Below, in pieces: positions 32,951-42,075 of a stretch of 42,075 nt of DNA (position 1 is the stretch's first letter; every line of letters starts with the position of its first letter). This stretch comes from a virus (taxonomy: Duplodnaviria > Caudoviricetes). Where the stretch lies: positions 1 to 42,075 of the IMG/VR virus record IMGVR_UViG_3300048855_000209; one strand, 5' to 3'. Under the pieces are notes generated by a model. The model was not told the origin of the DNA, searched no databases, and saw only the letters and a list, made by a program, of their open reading frames with translations. The translations under genes and the position numbers were made by a program.

Positions 32951-35900
32951 TGGCAGGCGGCACATTTGCCTTCCGGCTCCAGGCCGAGGGCGCGGACCAG
33001 GTCGATCGCGAGTTCCGTCGCGCCACCTCCGCCGGGCGGGACTTCCAGTCCGCCGCGGAGGCGATGCAGGCCAGCCTGAACAACGTGGCCGGTCGCACGG
33101 ACACTGTGGTGACCAGCCTGGATCGCACCGCGTCCAGCGCTGGCAATGCCTCCCGCCAGATGGGGACCTGGATCCGGACCCTGAACCAGGCGGCGGCCGC
33201 AGCTGATCCGGTCGAAGCGGCGTATCAGAAGGCGGCCCGGGCCGAGGAGGCGCTACAGAACATTCAGGCTCGCGGTCGCACCGCGACTGACGCCCAGGTA
33301 CGCGGCGTTTCCGCGCTGCGCTCCGAGTACGAGAAGCTGCGCGACGGCGCCGACCGGTCCTCGAACAGCATCCAGCTCCAGCGGTACCAGGTGCAGAACC
33401 TGACCGCACAGTTCGTGGACCTCGGCGTGCAGATCAGCTCTGGTGGTGGCGTCCTTCTGCCGCTGATCCAGCAGGGTCCGCAGGCGATCGACGCCGTGGG
33501 TGGTGTCCGGGCGGCCGTCGCCCTCCTCACCTCCATCGTCACGCCCGCTGCCGTGGCCGTCGGCACGCTGACGGCGGGCTTGGCGCTGGCGGCCCTGACG
33601 GCCGAGAGCACCGACCGCAGCATCGGGGCCATTTCTGCCCGTCTCCGGGCGACGCGCACCGACTTCGCCGACCTTGCCAGACAGGTGGAGAGCACCGCCC
33701 GGGTCATCGCCGGCAGCACCTCCCTCTCGACGAATGAGGCACGGCAGGCAGGGGCCACCATCGCCGGTAGCCGCGGCTTCAACGGCAATGCCGCCGACCT
33801 GGAGCGGCTGACGCGCCTCGCTGACGACGTGGCCAAGGCCTTCGGCACCACCGTGCCGCAGGCGGCCGAGCAGCTGGCGCAGGCACTGGTGAAGCCGGGT
33901 GACGTGGCACGGCAGCTGGCCGCCCGTGACTTTCCGGCGATGGATGACGCTCTGCGGCGCCAGGTGCAGCTGCTGGAGGCCAGCGGTCAGAAGTCCGAGG
34001 CGGCGCGGCTGGTTATCGAGGCGCTTGGACGCGGCACGGCCGGCGCGGCGGATGAGATGACGCCGTTCCAGCGGGCGCTGGACGAGGCCTCCCAGGCTGC
34101 CACCCGCTTCTGGAACACGATCCGGCCGGCGCTGGAGGGCATCGGCCGCCCGATCTTCGAGGGGATCGCGAGCGGCATTGGAATGCTCACGGATGGCTTC
34201 AATACCGCGAAGAGCGCGGTGGAGGCGCTGGTCGCAGGCGTCGAGAAGCTGAAGGGCGTCCTTCCCGCCTTCCTGTTCCAGCCGGTTGGCACTTTGCCAC
34301 CAGGTGCCGAGCCCGCATCGGGCGGGGTGTTGACGTCCGGGGCTCTCGGGCGCGACGCATCCTCGGCGCAGATCATGGACGCCGTCCGGGCAGAGGCGCG
34401 CCGTCTCGCGGCCGAGCGTGGGCTCGACGCTGATGAATTCTCGGCCTTCGCGGCCCGCGTTGCGCGGCAGGAGAGCGGAGGCCGGCAGTTCGGCGCGAAC
34501 GGCCAGATCTTCAGGTCTCCCGCTGGCGCGATCGGCGTCATGCAGCTGATGCCCGGCACGGCCGCCGGTCTCGGTGTGGACCCGACCGACACCGCCGGGA
34601 ACATCATCGGTGGCCTGCGCTACCTCGCCGATCAGCTGCAGAAGTACCGGGGTGACCAGGGGCTCGCTGCGGCTGCCTACAACGCCGGGCCCGGCCGGGT
34701 GGACGCTTGGCTCGCGCGGCGGGCGACCTTGCCGGCCGAAACACTCCGCTATGTGGCCGCCACGACCAGTCCGGAGGGGCGCGTCGGACAAAGCCAAATC
34801 AGCGGCCCGGCCTTCTGGAACCAGCAGGCCGGCGAGGCGCTGCGAGGCGTGGACACCCGCTCCGACACCCTGGCGCAGCGGCAGGCGCAGATGGGGGTGC
34901 TGGAGCGCGCACTGGATACCCCGCGCCTCGATCCGGCCGATGCAAACCGCTACCGCGAGGCGCTGGAGAAGCTCCGCGCCGAGGTGGTGGGTCTTCAGGA
35001 CCCGATGGACGAACTGCGGCGGAAGGGCTCGCTCCAGGCGCAGCTCTACGCGCAGCAGGCGGGCGCGGCGCGCGACCTCGCCCAGGCCGAGCAGCAGGGG
35101 GCTGAGCAGGCGCGGAGCCAGGGCAAGTCCGCGGCGGATCAGGTGATCGCCGGGCTGGAGGCGAGGGCGCAGAAGGAAGCTGATCTCAAGCAGGCGCTGG
35201 ACGACAGCCTTCGGGACGCTGCGCGCAAGACCCAAGCCGATCAAGATGCGGCGGCTGCTGCGAACCAGGGCGCTCGCGCTGTCCAGGACATGGTCATCCA
35301 GCGCCAAGCCGAGCAGGAGGCGCTGAAATACGCGATCGCAGACACGCCGCGCTACACTGAGGTCGTCCAGCAGCTTGTGGCAGCCAAGCGCGCCCAGAAG
35401 GCGGCTGACCAGGACCTGCTCACGGGCAACCTGATAGCCCAGCAGAAAGACCAGATTGAGCTTCTGACCCGTGAGAGCGAGTTGGTGGGTCTCACCGTCG
35501 AGCAGCGCCAGGCCGAGATCGAGGTCCTGAAGCTCCGGCAGCAGATCCTGAACAACGGCGGTGATCCGAACAGCGCGACCTCGCTGGACGCACAGAGGAA
35601 TATCCGCACCATCTTCGCGCAGCGGGCCTCCATCCAGCAGCTTCAGAACAGCTGGGAGGCGCTCGGTCAGGTTGGATCGAACGCTGTCGATCGCGTCACG
35701 CAGGCGATCATCGACAACGGGGGCAAGGTCAAGGATTGGGGCCAACTGTTCCATCAGGTCATCGCGTCCGTCGCCTCCGACTTGCTGAAGCTGTCCTTCA
35801 TCAACCCGCTAGAGAACTGGGCCTTCGGCGGTACGCGCGCCACGCTGGGTGGTGCGCTGACGGCGGTGGGGCAGGCGAGTAGCGCAACCTCTGCGACAAC

Positions 35901-37698
35901 GGCAGCTCAGGGCACCTCATTGCTCGGCTACGGTCGGCAGGTTGGCGGCTTGTTCGACAGCAGTTTCTTCGGGGGCAGCCAGAATTTCCAGAGCGGCTTC
36001 ATCGGCACTGCGGACCGCTACCTCCAGACGAACGTGGCGGGGTTCCTCGACCGGCCGCTCTATACCGTCGGAACGGATACGAGCGGTGCTGTCTTCCCCG
36101 GCGAGGCGGCGCAATGGGGCACTGACGTCTCCATCGGCCAGGCGGCCGGCGGCGCACTCGGCGTGGCCGGCGGCCTCTACGGCATCTATTCCGGCATTCA
36201 GACCGGTGGCGCGAAGGGCTGGGCGCAGGGCGTGGGCGGGGCGGCGGGCGTGGCTGGCGGCGCGGCAACCCTAGCGGGAGGGGCAGCGGCCGGCGGCGTC
36301 ATCGCTGGCGTCGCCACCGTGGCACCCTACATCGCGGCCATTGCGGCGATCGTGGCTATGCTCCTTCCCGGTCAGAAGCCCTCCGACCGAACGGGCACGT
36401 CGTTGGTGAACACCGCGACGGGCGAGACCCTGGCCGGCGGGCTGGACGGCGACCGCTACAGCCAAGAGAACCGCGACACGGCGGCCTCGCTCGGCACCGC
36501 GGTCAAGCAACTCTCCGACCAGATGAGCAGCTCATACGGCATCACGCCGTATGGCAGATACATTGTCGGCACGGGCGATCGCGACGGGTATTTCTGGCAG
36601 ACCAGCGAGCGGCACGAGTACGGCTCCGATGAAGCCTCCGTGCAGCAGATGCTCAAGGACGTCTCTCGCGACCTGCTGGAGAACAACGCCTGGCAGCTCC
36701 AGGGCAATCTGCGCACGACCTACAACACGGTCGGCACAGGCGACATCGACAGGCTGCTGCAGGCGCTGGACTGGACGAACACGACCTACAAGGCATTCCA
36801 GGACAACCTCGACCCCGAGAAGCCGACGCAGTTCGCGCAGTCGCTGCAGCAGGTCTCGGACGCCTATGGCCCGCTGATCGACAGGGCGCGCGAGTACGGG
36901 CTGGCGATCGAACCAATCGCCGACGTGATGCAGGAGCAGATCGACAAGCTCACCGAAGCCCGCAACCTGCAGTATAACCAGATGATCGCGGGCTACAGCC
37001 TCACGGCGGCGCAGCTTCGCGGCAATGCTGACGCCACGCTGGGCCTGCAGCTCCAGCAGTTCGATCTGCAGCGCACGGCCGACTACACGGCGCTGGTTGA
37101 TCAGATCAAGGACATGGGCCTCGGGGCAGATCAGCTCACGCAGGCGGTGCGGTCCTTCGACGAGGTGAAGGATCTCCAGCGGCAGGCCGTTATCGACCAG
37201 TCCAATGCGGCCAAGGCGCAGCAGGAGGCAGCCGAGGCGCAGGAAGCGGCGGCGCAACGTGACAGCGCCGCCCAGAGCGCCGCGGGCGTCTTGTCCTCGC
37301 TCTCGGCCTATGTGCGCGGCCTGTCCACCTCGGATGCCGCCCCTGGCACCGTCATGGACCGGCTTACAGCGGCGCGAGGCCAGTTTGATGACCTCTACGG
37401 CTCGGCCCTGCTGGGCGACGCGCAGGCAATCTCCGGGGTCCAGGACGCGGCCGAGACCTATCGTGGGCTAGCGCGTGAGGTCTATGGCGGGGGCGCTGGG
37501 TATGCGAGCGTCGTCTCCATGATCGGAGACCGGCTCGGGGCCGTCGCGGATCTCGGTGCCGATGCCCTGACGCAGAGCTTCATGATCGAGAACATGCGGC
37601 GACCGCTGGATCGGATCGGCGATGCCGTGGACCAGCTCCGGCAGGAGAACGCCAACCTCCGCCGGGACATCAATCTGATGATGGCTCGGCCGCAGTGA
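32950..37698 (+). CDS. Tape measure protein with an internal lytic transglycosylase (SLT) domain
   Basis: 1582 aa, Ala/Gln-rich; QFVDLGVQ...LIQQGPQ TMP N-terminus; QESGG...[13 protein letters not shown]...AAYNAGPG...ETLRYV. Confidence 0.93.
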   Translation: MAGGTFAFRLQAEGADQVDREFRRATSAGRDFQSAAEAMQASLNNVAGRTDTVVTSLDRTASSAGNASRQMGTWIRTLNQAAAAADPVEAAYQKAARAEEALQNIQARGRTATDAQVRGVSALRSEYEKLRDGADRSSNSIQLQRYQVQNLTAQFVDLGVQISSGGGVLLPLIQQGPQAIDAVGGVRAAVALLTSIVTPAAVAVGTLTAGLALAALTAESTDRSIGAISARLRATRTDFADLARQVESTARVIAGSTSLSTNEARQAGATIAGSRGFNGNAADLERLTRLADDVAKAFGTTVPQAAEQLAQALVKPGDVARQLAARDFPAMDDALRRQVQLLEASGQKSEAARLVIEALGRGTAGAADEMTPFQRALDEASQAATRFWNTIRPALEGIGRPIFEGIASGIGMLTDGFNTAKSAVEALVAGVEKLKGVLPAFLFQPVGTLPPGAEPASGGVLTSGALGRDASSAQIMDAVRAEARRLAAERGLDADEFSAFAARVARQESGGRQFGANGQIFRSPAGAIGVMQLMPGTAAGLGVDPTDTAGNIIGGLRYLADQLQKYRGDQGLAAAAYNAGPGRVDAWLARRATLPAETLRYVAATTSPEGRVGQSQISGPAFWNQQAGEALRGVDTRSDTLAQRQAQMGVLERALDTPRLDPADANRYREALEKLRAEVVGLQDPMDELRRKGSLQAQLYAQQAGAARDLAQAEQQGAEQARSQGKSAADQVIAGLEARAQKEADLKQALDDSLRDAARKTQADQDAAAAANQGARAVQDMVIQRQAEQEALKYAIADTPRYTEVVQQLVAAKRAQKAADQDLLTGNLIAQQKDQIELLTRESELVGLTVEQRQAEIEVLKLRQQILNNGGDPNSATSLDAQRNIRTIFAQRASIQQLQNSWEALGQVGSNAVDRVTQAIIDNGGKVKDWGQLFHQVIASVASDLLKLSFINPLENWAFGGTRATLGGALTAVGQASSATSATTAAQGTSLLGYGRQVGGLFDSSFFGGSQNFQSGFIGTADRYLQTNVAGFLDRPLYTVGTDTSGAVFPGEAAQWGTDVSIGQAAGGALGVAGGLYGIYSGIQTGGAKGWAQGVGGAAGVAGGAATLAGGAAAGGVIAGVATVAPYIAAIAAIVAMLLPGQKPSDRTGTSLVNTATGETLAGGLDGDRYSQENRDTAASLGTAVKQLSDQMSSSYGITPYGRYIVGTGDRDGYFWQTSERHEYGSDEASVQQMLKDVSRDLLENNAWQLQGNLRTTYNTVGTGDIDRLLQALDWTNTTYKAFQDNLDPEKPTQFAQSLQQVSDAYGPLIDRAREYGLAIEPIADVMQEQIDKLTEARNLQYNQMIAGYSLTAAQLRGNADATLGLQLQQFDLQRTADYTALVDQIKDMGLGADQLTQAVRSFDEVKDLQRQAVIDQSNAAKAQQEAAEAQEAAAQRDSAAQSAAGVLSSLSAYVRGLSTSDAAPGTVMDRLTAARGQFDDLYGSALLGDAQAISGVQDAAETYRGLAREVYGGGAGYASVVSMIGDRLGAVADLGADALTQSFMIENMRRPLDRIGDAVDQLRQENANLRRDINLMMARPQ

Positions 37699-39416
37699 GC
37701 GCGCACGGTCTCCTTCCTCATGGCTCGGCGCCGGTCCTACCACCGTCGTCAATGCCCGGCCGGGACGGCACCTCGGCGCTCTCCGGCCCCTTCACGGGCG
37801 GCGCGCTGGTCTGGATCGCCGAGATCGAGGCGGCGCGCGGCGGCGGCACAGTGCCCGAGGGTGGCGTCCCGCACGGCGCCGCGCCCCACGGCGCCATGCC
37901 CCTGGCCTTCGTGCCGGCGGGTGGGACCGACACCATCCGGATATCCGATCTCGGCTGGCGCTCTGCTCCGGGCGATGCCGGCGGCGTGCGGCCTTACCCG
38001 CCGCTGCTGATCCAGGGCCCCGATGTGGAGCGGCGCCTGGCGCTCCCCCCGGGGGCGGCCGGCACCTATGCCTGGGGAAGCCTGCGGATTGCGGGCGGCC
38101 TCGACCTGCCGGGCACCTCGCTGGCCGGGCGCGACACCGCCATGCGCGCGGTGCGGGTGCGCGTCGGGCGACAGCGCTGGGCGCCCGAACGCCTCGCCAT
38201 GGTGGATCCCACCGCGGCAGAGCTGGCGCCGGCCTTCGCGGGGCTGGCCCGTCCCTGGCTGCCCCGGACGGACGGTGCCGAGGTGCCGCTGCGCGACCCG
38301 ACCGCCTGGCTGGACACGCCGCTCCAGGCCCGTCGGTTCCTCGGTACAGGCGGGATGGAGGGGACGGCCGATCTGGCGGGCGTTCCCTTTCCGCTCGTGC
38401 GCGGCGGCGCGGCCTCGTCGCCGGTGCGGTCCTGCCCGGTCGTGCTTGTGGATGCCGTCCGCCGCATCTACCGCTGGAACGACGGGCCCGGCACGCTCGC
38501 GGCAGTGCTGGAGGACGGCGTGCCGGTCTACAGCTATGCCGGCGACGTGGCGGACCCCTTCGCGGTTGGCTCGCCCGGGGCAGGGGCCTACTTCAGCAGC
38601 AATGCCACGGGGCAGTTCCGCCTCGGTTCGGACCCCGGGGGGGCAGTAACGGTGGACGCCTATGCGGGGCTGTCCACCGCCGCCGATCTTGTGGCTCACC
38701 TCATCCAGGATGTGCTGCGGCTTCCCGCCGGCCTGCTCGACATCGGCTCGGTCTATGCTGTCGGCAACGCTTTCCCCTGGGCCGCGGGATGGGCCTGGAC
38801 GGGGCAGGAGACCGGACGGCAGGCCCTCGCGCCGCTGCTGGCCGCCCTCGGCGCCGACTTGCCGGTGACGCGCGCGGGCGCGCTCCGCCTCTGGGCGCTC
38901 CGTGCGCTCGGCACCGACGCCCGGCCGGTCGCGCGCTACGACGCCGGCAACGCCGTCGCCATGGAGCCGGTGCCGCTGGACGCGCCGTTGAGCCCGCCCG
39001 CCGCTTCCTGGGCGGTCGGATATGGCCGCACCCACGTTACGACCACCAGCCCCAAGCCGACCGTCTCCGCGGCCGACCGCGAGCGCCTGTCCAAGGAATA
39101 CCGGCAGGCCGCCTGGACGGACCCCGCGAACCTGCTGCGCTACGCCCAGCCCTCGCAGCCCGACCAGCAGCCGACGGCGCTGCTCGATGGCTCGGCGGCC
39201 GCTGCCCTCGCCGCCGCCTATGGCGCCCTCTGGGGCGTGCCGCGCCTGCTCTGGCAGGTGACCACCTCGGCGGCGAACGTGCTGAGCCACGAGATCGGGG
39301 ACGTGGTGCAACTGGTATGGCCGGCGGATGGGCTGCGGAGCGGGGCGCTCGGCCAGGTGGTGGGCGACGGGCTGCGGGCAGGGCAGCCGGACGCGACCCT
39401 GCTGGTGCTGATCTAA
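37695..39416 (+). CDS. Tail tip/hub protein
   Basis: GTGA coupling to the TMP; GTGGMEG..DLAG...P, GQFRLGS.P.G.VTVD and EIGDVVQL motifs. Confidence 0.7.
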   Translation: MSAHGLLPHGSAPVLPPSSMPGRDGTSALSGPFTGGALVWIAEIEAARGGGTVPEGGVPHGAAPHGAMPLAFVPAGGTDTIRISDLGWRSAPGDAGGVRPYPPLLIQGPDVERRLALPPGAAGTYAWGSLRIAGGLDLPGTSLAGRDTAMRAVRVRVGRQRWAPERLAMVDPTAAELAPAFAGLARPWLPRTDGAEVPLRDPTAWLDTPLQARRFLGTGGMEGTADLAGVPFPLVRGGAASSPVRSCPVVLVDAVRRIYRWNDGPGTLAAVLEDGVPVYSYAGDVADPFAVGSPGAGAYFSSNATGQFRLGSDPGGAVTVDAYAGLSTAADLVAHLIQDVLRLPAGLLDIGSVYAVGNAFPWAAGWAWTGQETGRQALAPLLAALGADLPVTRAGALRLWALRALGTDARPVARYDAGNAVAMEPVPLDAPLSPPAASWAVGYGRTHVTTTSPKPTVSAADRERLSKEYRQAAWTDPANLLRYAQPSQPDQQPTALLDGSAAAALAAAYGALWGVPRLLWQVTTSAANVLSHEIGDVVQLVWPADGLRSGALGQVVGDGLRAGQPDATLLVLI

Positions 39417-39426
39417 GGGGGACAGG

Positions 39427-40173
39427 ATGGCTCTGCTGGGATGGGAGAACGCGGTGGAGACCGCGGCTCTCACCGTTTCGTCGTCCGTGACCGGCATGGG
39501 GCCGGAGATGCTGCGGGTGCCGCTGGGCAACGCGGCCACCGCCCTCCAAACGCCCGCCGGCACCACGAGCCTGACGCTGACGGCGGCTCTGCCCTCCCTG
39601 GCGGGGTGGAAGTTGGTGGCGCTGTCCCGGACGAACCTGACGCCGGCCGCAACGCTGCGGGTGCGGGTTGGCGCCTACGACAGCGGTGCGGTCCCAGCCG
39701 GCGTCGTCGCTGGGGTGGGCCAAGCGCTGCATGTCCTGCCGGACAGGGTGACGGGCACGACACTGCAGCTGGACGTGGCCGATCCCGGGAACGGGCAGGG
39801 GTTCCTCAACATCCCGCTCGCCTTCCTCGGGCCGGCGGCGTCCTTTCGCTTCGGCTACAACAGCCAGGCGAACATCACGCCGCGCAGCGACACCCTGCAG
39901 ACGCGCGGGGGGCAGGAGATCACCACCCCGCTCTCGAGCCAGCGCGGTTGGTCCTTCAACATCCCGCAACTGCCCGACAGCGCGGCCGGCTTTCTCGACC
40001 CGCTCCAGGCCGCCGCCGTCGCGCGGCGGAACATCCTCTATGCCCCCCGCCCGGCGCATGCGCGCGCGGCGTCTGAGGCCGTGTACGGGCTGCTGGTGCC
40101 CGGCCCCGCCGGCTTCGTCACCGGATCCGGCCTGCTCCGTAGCTGGCAGGCCACCATCACCGAGAGGCTTTGA
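39427..40173 (+). CDS. Minor tail protein (distal-tail-like)
   Basis: Position; VALSRTNLTPAA...ITERL. Confidence 0.6.
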   Translation: MALLGWENAVETAALTVSSSVTGMGPEMLRVPLGNAATALQTPAGTTSLTLTAALPSLAGWKLVALSRTNLTPAATLRVRVGAYDSGAVPAGVVAGVGQALHVLPDRVTGTTLQLDVADPGNGQGFLNIPLAFLGPAASFRFGYNSQANITPRSDTLQTRGGQEITTPLSSQRGWSFNIPQLPDSAAGFLDPLQAAAVARRNILYAPRPAHARAASEAVYGLLVPGPAGFVTGSGLLRSWQATITERL

Positions 40174-40916
40174 TGCTCGCGAACCTGGTCAAGGTCGCTG
40201 TCCCGACGCCCGGGACAGTGAATGTCGGCAGTGTGGTGGCGCTCGGTGCCGCGGACACCGGCTTCGATACCTTTCACGCCGCTTTCGGCGTCGGCCAGCC
40301 AGCCTACTTCGCGCTGTCCGACGGCGCCGGCCGCACGCTCTATGGGATCTGGGTTACTGGTACCGGTGCCGGTGGCGCGCCGATCGCGACCGTGCAGGAG
40401 ATCATCTGGAACGTCCGCACCCACAGCATTGCGGCCGAGAACTTCACGAGCGCCTGCACGGCCTGGAACGTCACGCCGGCCCAGCGCGCGCCAGACAAGG
40501 CCTATGCCGACAGCGCACCCTACCGGCAGCAGCCGCGCATCCCCGTGTCCTGGGACGGCAACATTGCCGTCGTGGCGCTCGGCAACTTCGTCACCGTCAC
40601 CGTCCCTGCCAGTACCCGTTCCATCGTTGTCAACGGCCGCGCCCGGTGCATGGGTAGCGGGGGAAGCGCCGTGCGCGACCTCGCCCTGTCAGCCGCACTT
40701 CGGAACCCCTCCGACACGGCGGACGCGCTAAGCGTCAATGTCGCCTATGCCGCCGTAGCCCCCGGCCAAGTCGTCAACGCGGTGGTCCATGGGCTGAGCG
40801 ATTTCGGAGGGCCGCTGGCCGAGAACCGACAGCTCGTCTTTCGGGCGCAGAGCAGCACGAGCGAGGCCGTGCAGCTCTACAGCCTCCTGGCCACCGTCGA
40901 ATGCATCAAGGAGTGA
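40173..40916 (+). CDS. Putative tail/baseplate-associated structural protein
   Basis: LANLVKV...TPGT N-terminus; coupled in the tail operon. Confidence 0.55.
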   Translation: MLANLVKVAVPTPGTVNVGSVVALGAADTGFDTFHAAFGVGQPAYFALSDGAGRTLYGIWVTGTGAGGAPIATVQEIIWNVRTHSIAAENFTSACTAWNVTPAQRAPDKAYADSAPYRQQPRIPVSWDGNIAVVALGNFVTVTVPASTRSIVVNGRARCMGSGGSAVRDLALSAALRNPSDTADALSVNVAYAAVAPGQVVNAVVHGLSDFGGPLAENRQLVFRAQSSTSEAVQLYSLLATVECIKE

Positions 40917-40921
40917 CCGGC

Positions 40922-41293
40922 ATGCGAGCGCAGTTCGCGAACCCGGATGGCACCGACATCTGGCTCATTCCCGAGGACGGGCCCTGGCAGGCGCTCAAGC
41001 CGGGAGACGCGCTCCTGGATGGCCTGGATATCGAGCCGTTTCCTGCGGCCCCTCGCACCTGCACCCCACGCGAGTTCCGGGCCCGCTTCACACCGGAAGA
41101 GAAGGGCGCACTGACCCTCGCTGCCTCCAAGGGGTTGGAGAACGGCGATCCGTTGCTACAGGTCTTTCTGGACGAACTGTCGGCCTCGCAAGTGGTCGAA
41201 CTGGATCACCCCGAACTAGCCGCCGGCATGGATCTGCTGGTGAGCCGCCAGTTGCTCACCCGCGAGCGGGCCGACGCGATCCTGGCCGCTTAG
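40922..41293 (+). CDS. Putative tail fibre assembly-like protein
   Basis: TPREFRARFTPEE...G..LLV...LLT.ERADAIL; AGGAG RBS. Confidence 0.6.
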   Translation: MRAQFANPDGTDIWLIPEDGPWQALKPGDALLDGLDIEPFPAAPRTCTPREFRARFTPEEKGALTLAASKGLENGDPLLQVFLDELSASQVVELDHPELAAGMDLLVSRQLLTRERADAILAA

Positions 41294-41326
41294 CCAGCAC
41301 CACCACCCACAATCAGGAGTGCGCGG

Positions 41327-41776
41327 ATGTCGGAGACACTACCGGCAGACGTCGTGACGACGCTGCTGGTCAACGGCATCGCGGGCCGGCCGGTTCGCGT
41401 CTGGGCCTATGAAAGCGTGCCGTTCGAGCTGCAGTTCCGCAACGGGCGCAACGGCCCGCTGACGGATGTGGAGGGCGTATCGGTTGCCTTCCTCTACCCC
41501 GACGGCACCGAGGAGATCGCGCCTGAGGGCTACGTCGCCCGGATCAGCGAGGGTCGCTATCTCTGCCGCATCGTGCCCGCGCGCCCCGGCACGTGGCAGG
41601 CAGTGGCCCGCTGCTCCAGCCCTACCGGCTCGGTCGACGTGCGGTCCTTCTTTGTCGAGGCGCTGCCAGCAGGGACGCCGCCCCCGCCGCAGACGCTCGT
41701 AACCGATGACACCGGTCTGTTCCTGCTCCTCACCTCGGACGGTGCGGCCATCGCTATTACCGGAGACGACGCATGA
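41327..41776 (+). CDS. Putative BppU-like/Ig-like virion protein
   Basis: AGGAG RBS; beta-rich (YPDGT...EGRY...PGTW). Confidence 0.5.
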   Translation: MSETLPADVVTTLLVNGIAGRPVRVWAYESVPFELQFRNGRNGPLTDVEGVSVAFLYPDGTEEIAPEGYVARISEGRYLCRIVPARPGTWQAVARCSSPTGSVDVRSFFVEALPAGTPPPPQTLVTDDTGLFLLLTSDGAAIAITGDDA

Positions 41777-42075
41777 GTGACGCGCCGCCCGTCGGCTACA
41801 AGCCATTCTCACAGGCGATCGCCGAGACGCCGCTCGGGACGATCCTGACAGGGGCCGCCGAGACCGTCGCCACCACCGCCGCCGCCGTGCAGGAGGCGCG
41901 GGTGGAGGTGGAGGGGAACAAGACGGCCGCTCAGCAGGCGGCAGAAGCAGCGCAAGCCGCGGCTGCCCCCCTCACGGATGCTGTGCAGGCGGTGCAGAGC
42001 TTTGAGCCACGCGTGCAGGCTCTCGACGCGCAGCTCGGCCCGTCTAATGCCGAGTTCTCACTGAGCGGTACCAAG
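41773..42075 (+). CDS. 5' part of a probable tail fibre/spike gene (runs off the window)
   Basis: ATGA coupling; open frame MSDAPPVGYKPFS...AAQQAAEAAQAAAA to the window end. Confidence 0.55.
   Translation, partial: MSDAPPVGYKPFSQAIAETPLGTILTGAAETVATTAAAVQEARVEVEGNKTAAQQAAEAAQAAAAPLTDAVQAVQSFEPRVQALDAQLGPSNAEFSLSGTK

Larger units (their letters stand above)
1..42075. mobile_element. Lambda-like temperate siphovirus prophage (right end, including lysis genes, lies outside the window)
   Basis: Canonical order int-xis-recombination-cI/cro-replication-late regulator-cos-terminase-portal-capsid-tail-TMP-tail tip. Confidence 0.97.

Noticed and set aside
33253-35754. 833-aa minus-strand ORF, and similar long ORFs at 4715-6064 (+), 11439-12662 (-), 17711-18823 (-) and 37749-39566 (-)
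   Set aside because: Antisense shadows of well-supported genes, expected in high-GC DNA; no recognisable motifs
37695-42075. Diversity-generating retroelement or invertible tail-fibre cassette
   Set aside because: No reverse transcriptase, invertase or TR/VR repeat pair is seen within the window; the tail fibre gene is truncated by the edge

Overview
The window is most of a GC-rich, lambda-like temperate siphophage (prophage), probably of an alphaproteobacterial host. The host call is an inference from a GTTC-N7-GTTC LexA box and the gene families; Acetobacteraceae/Roseomonas-like is plausible but unverified. Gene order: tyrosine integrase and excisionase; leftward early operon (YqaJ exonuclease plus partner, C5 DNA methyltransferase); immunity region (short CI without a protease domain, Cro, 17-bp operators); replication module (VRR-NUC, Dda/RecD-like helicase, VapE/VirE ATPase, iteron origin); putative late regulator; a moron region; lambda-like cos, terminase, portal and protease-capsid fusion; tail genes with a -1 frameshift chaperone; a 4.5-kb accessory island (SLATT-like protein, lipoprotein, P22 immI-like mnt/arc/ant, higBA plus a third ORF); tape measure with an SLT domain; tail tip genes running off the right edge. 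No lysis cassette, att core, tRNA or CRISPR is visible. The best candidates for new biology are (1) a LexA-box-preceded operon of two tiny paralogous helical proteins plus membrane proteins next to a non-cleavable repressor, and (2) a tandemly duplicated convergent gene pair, with one copy broken by a TGA where the intact copy has Trp. All family calls come from motif recognition by eye; no database searches were run.
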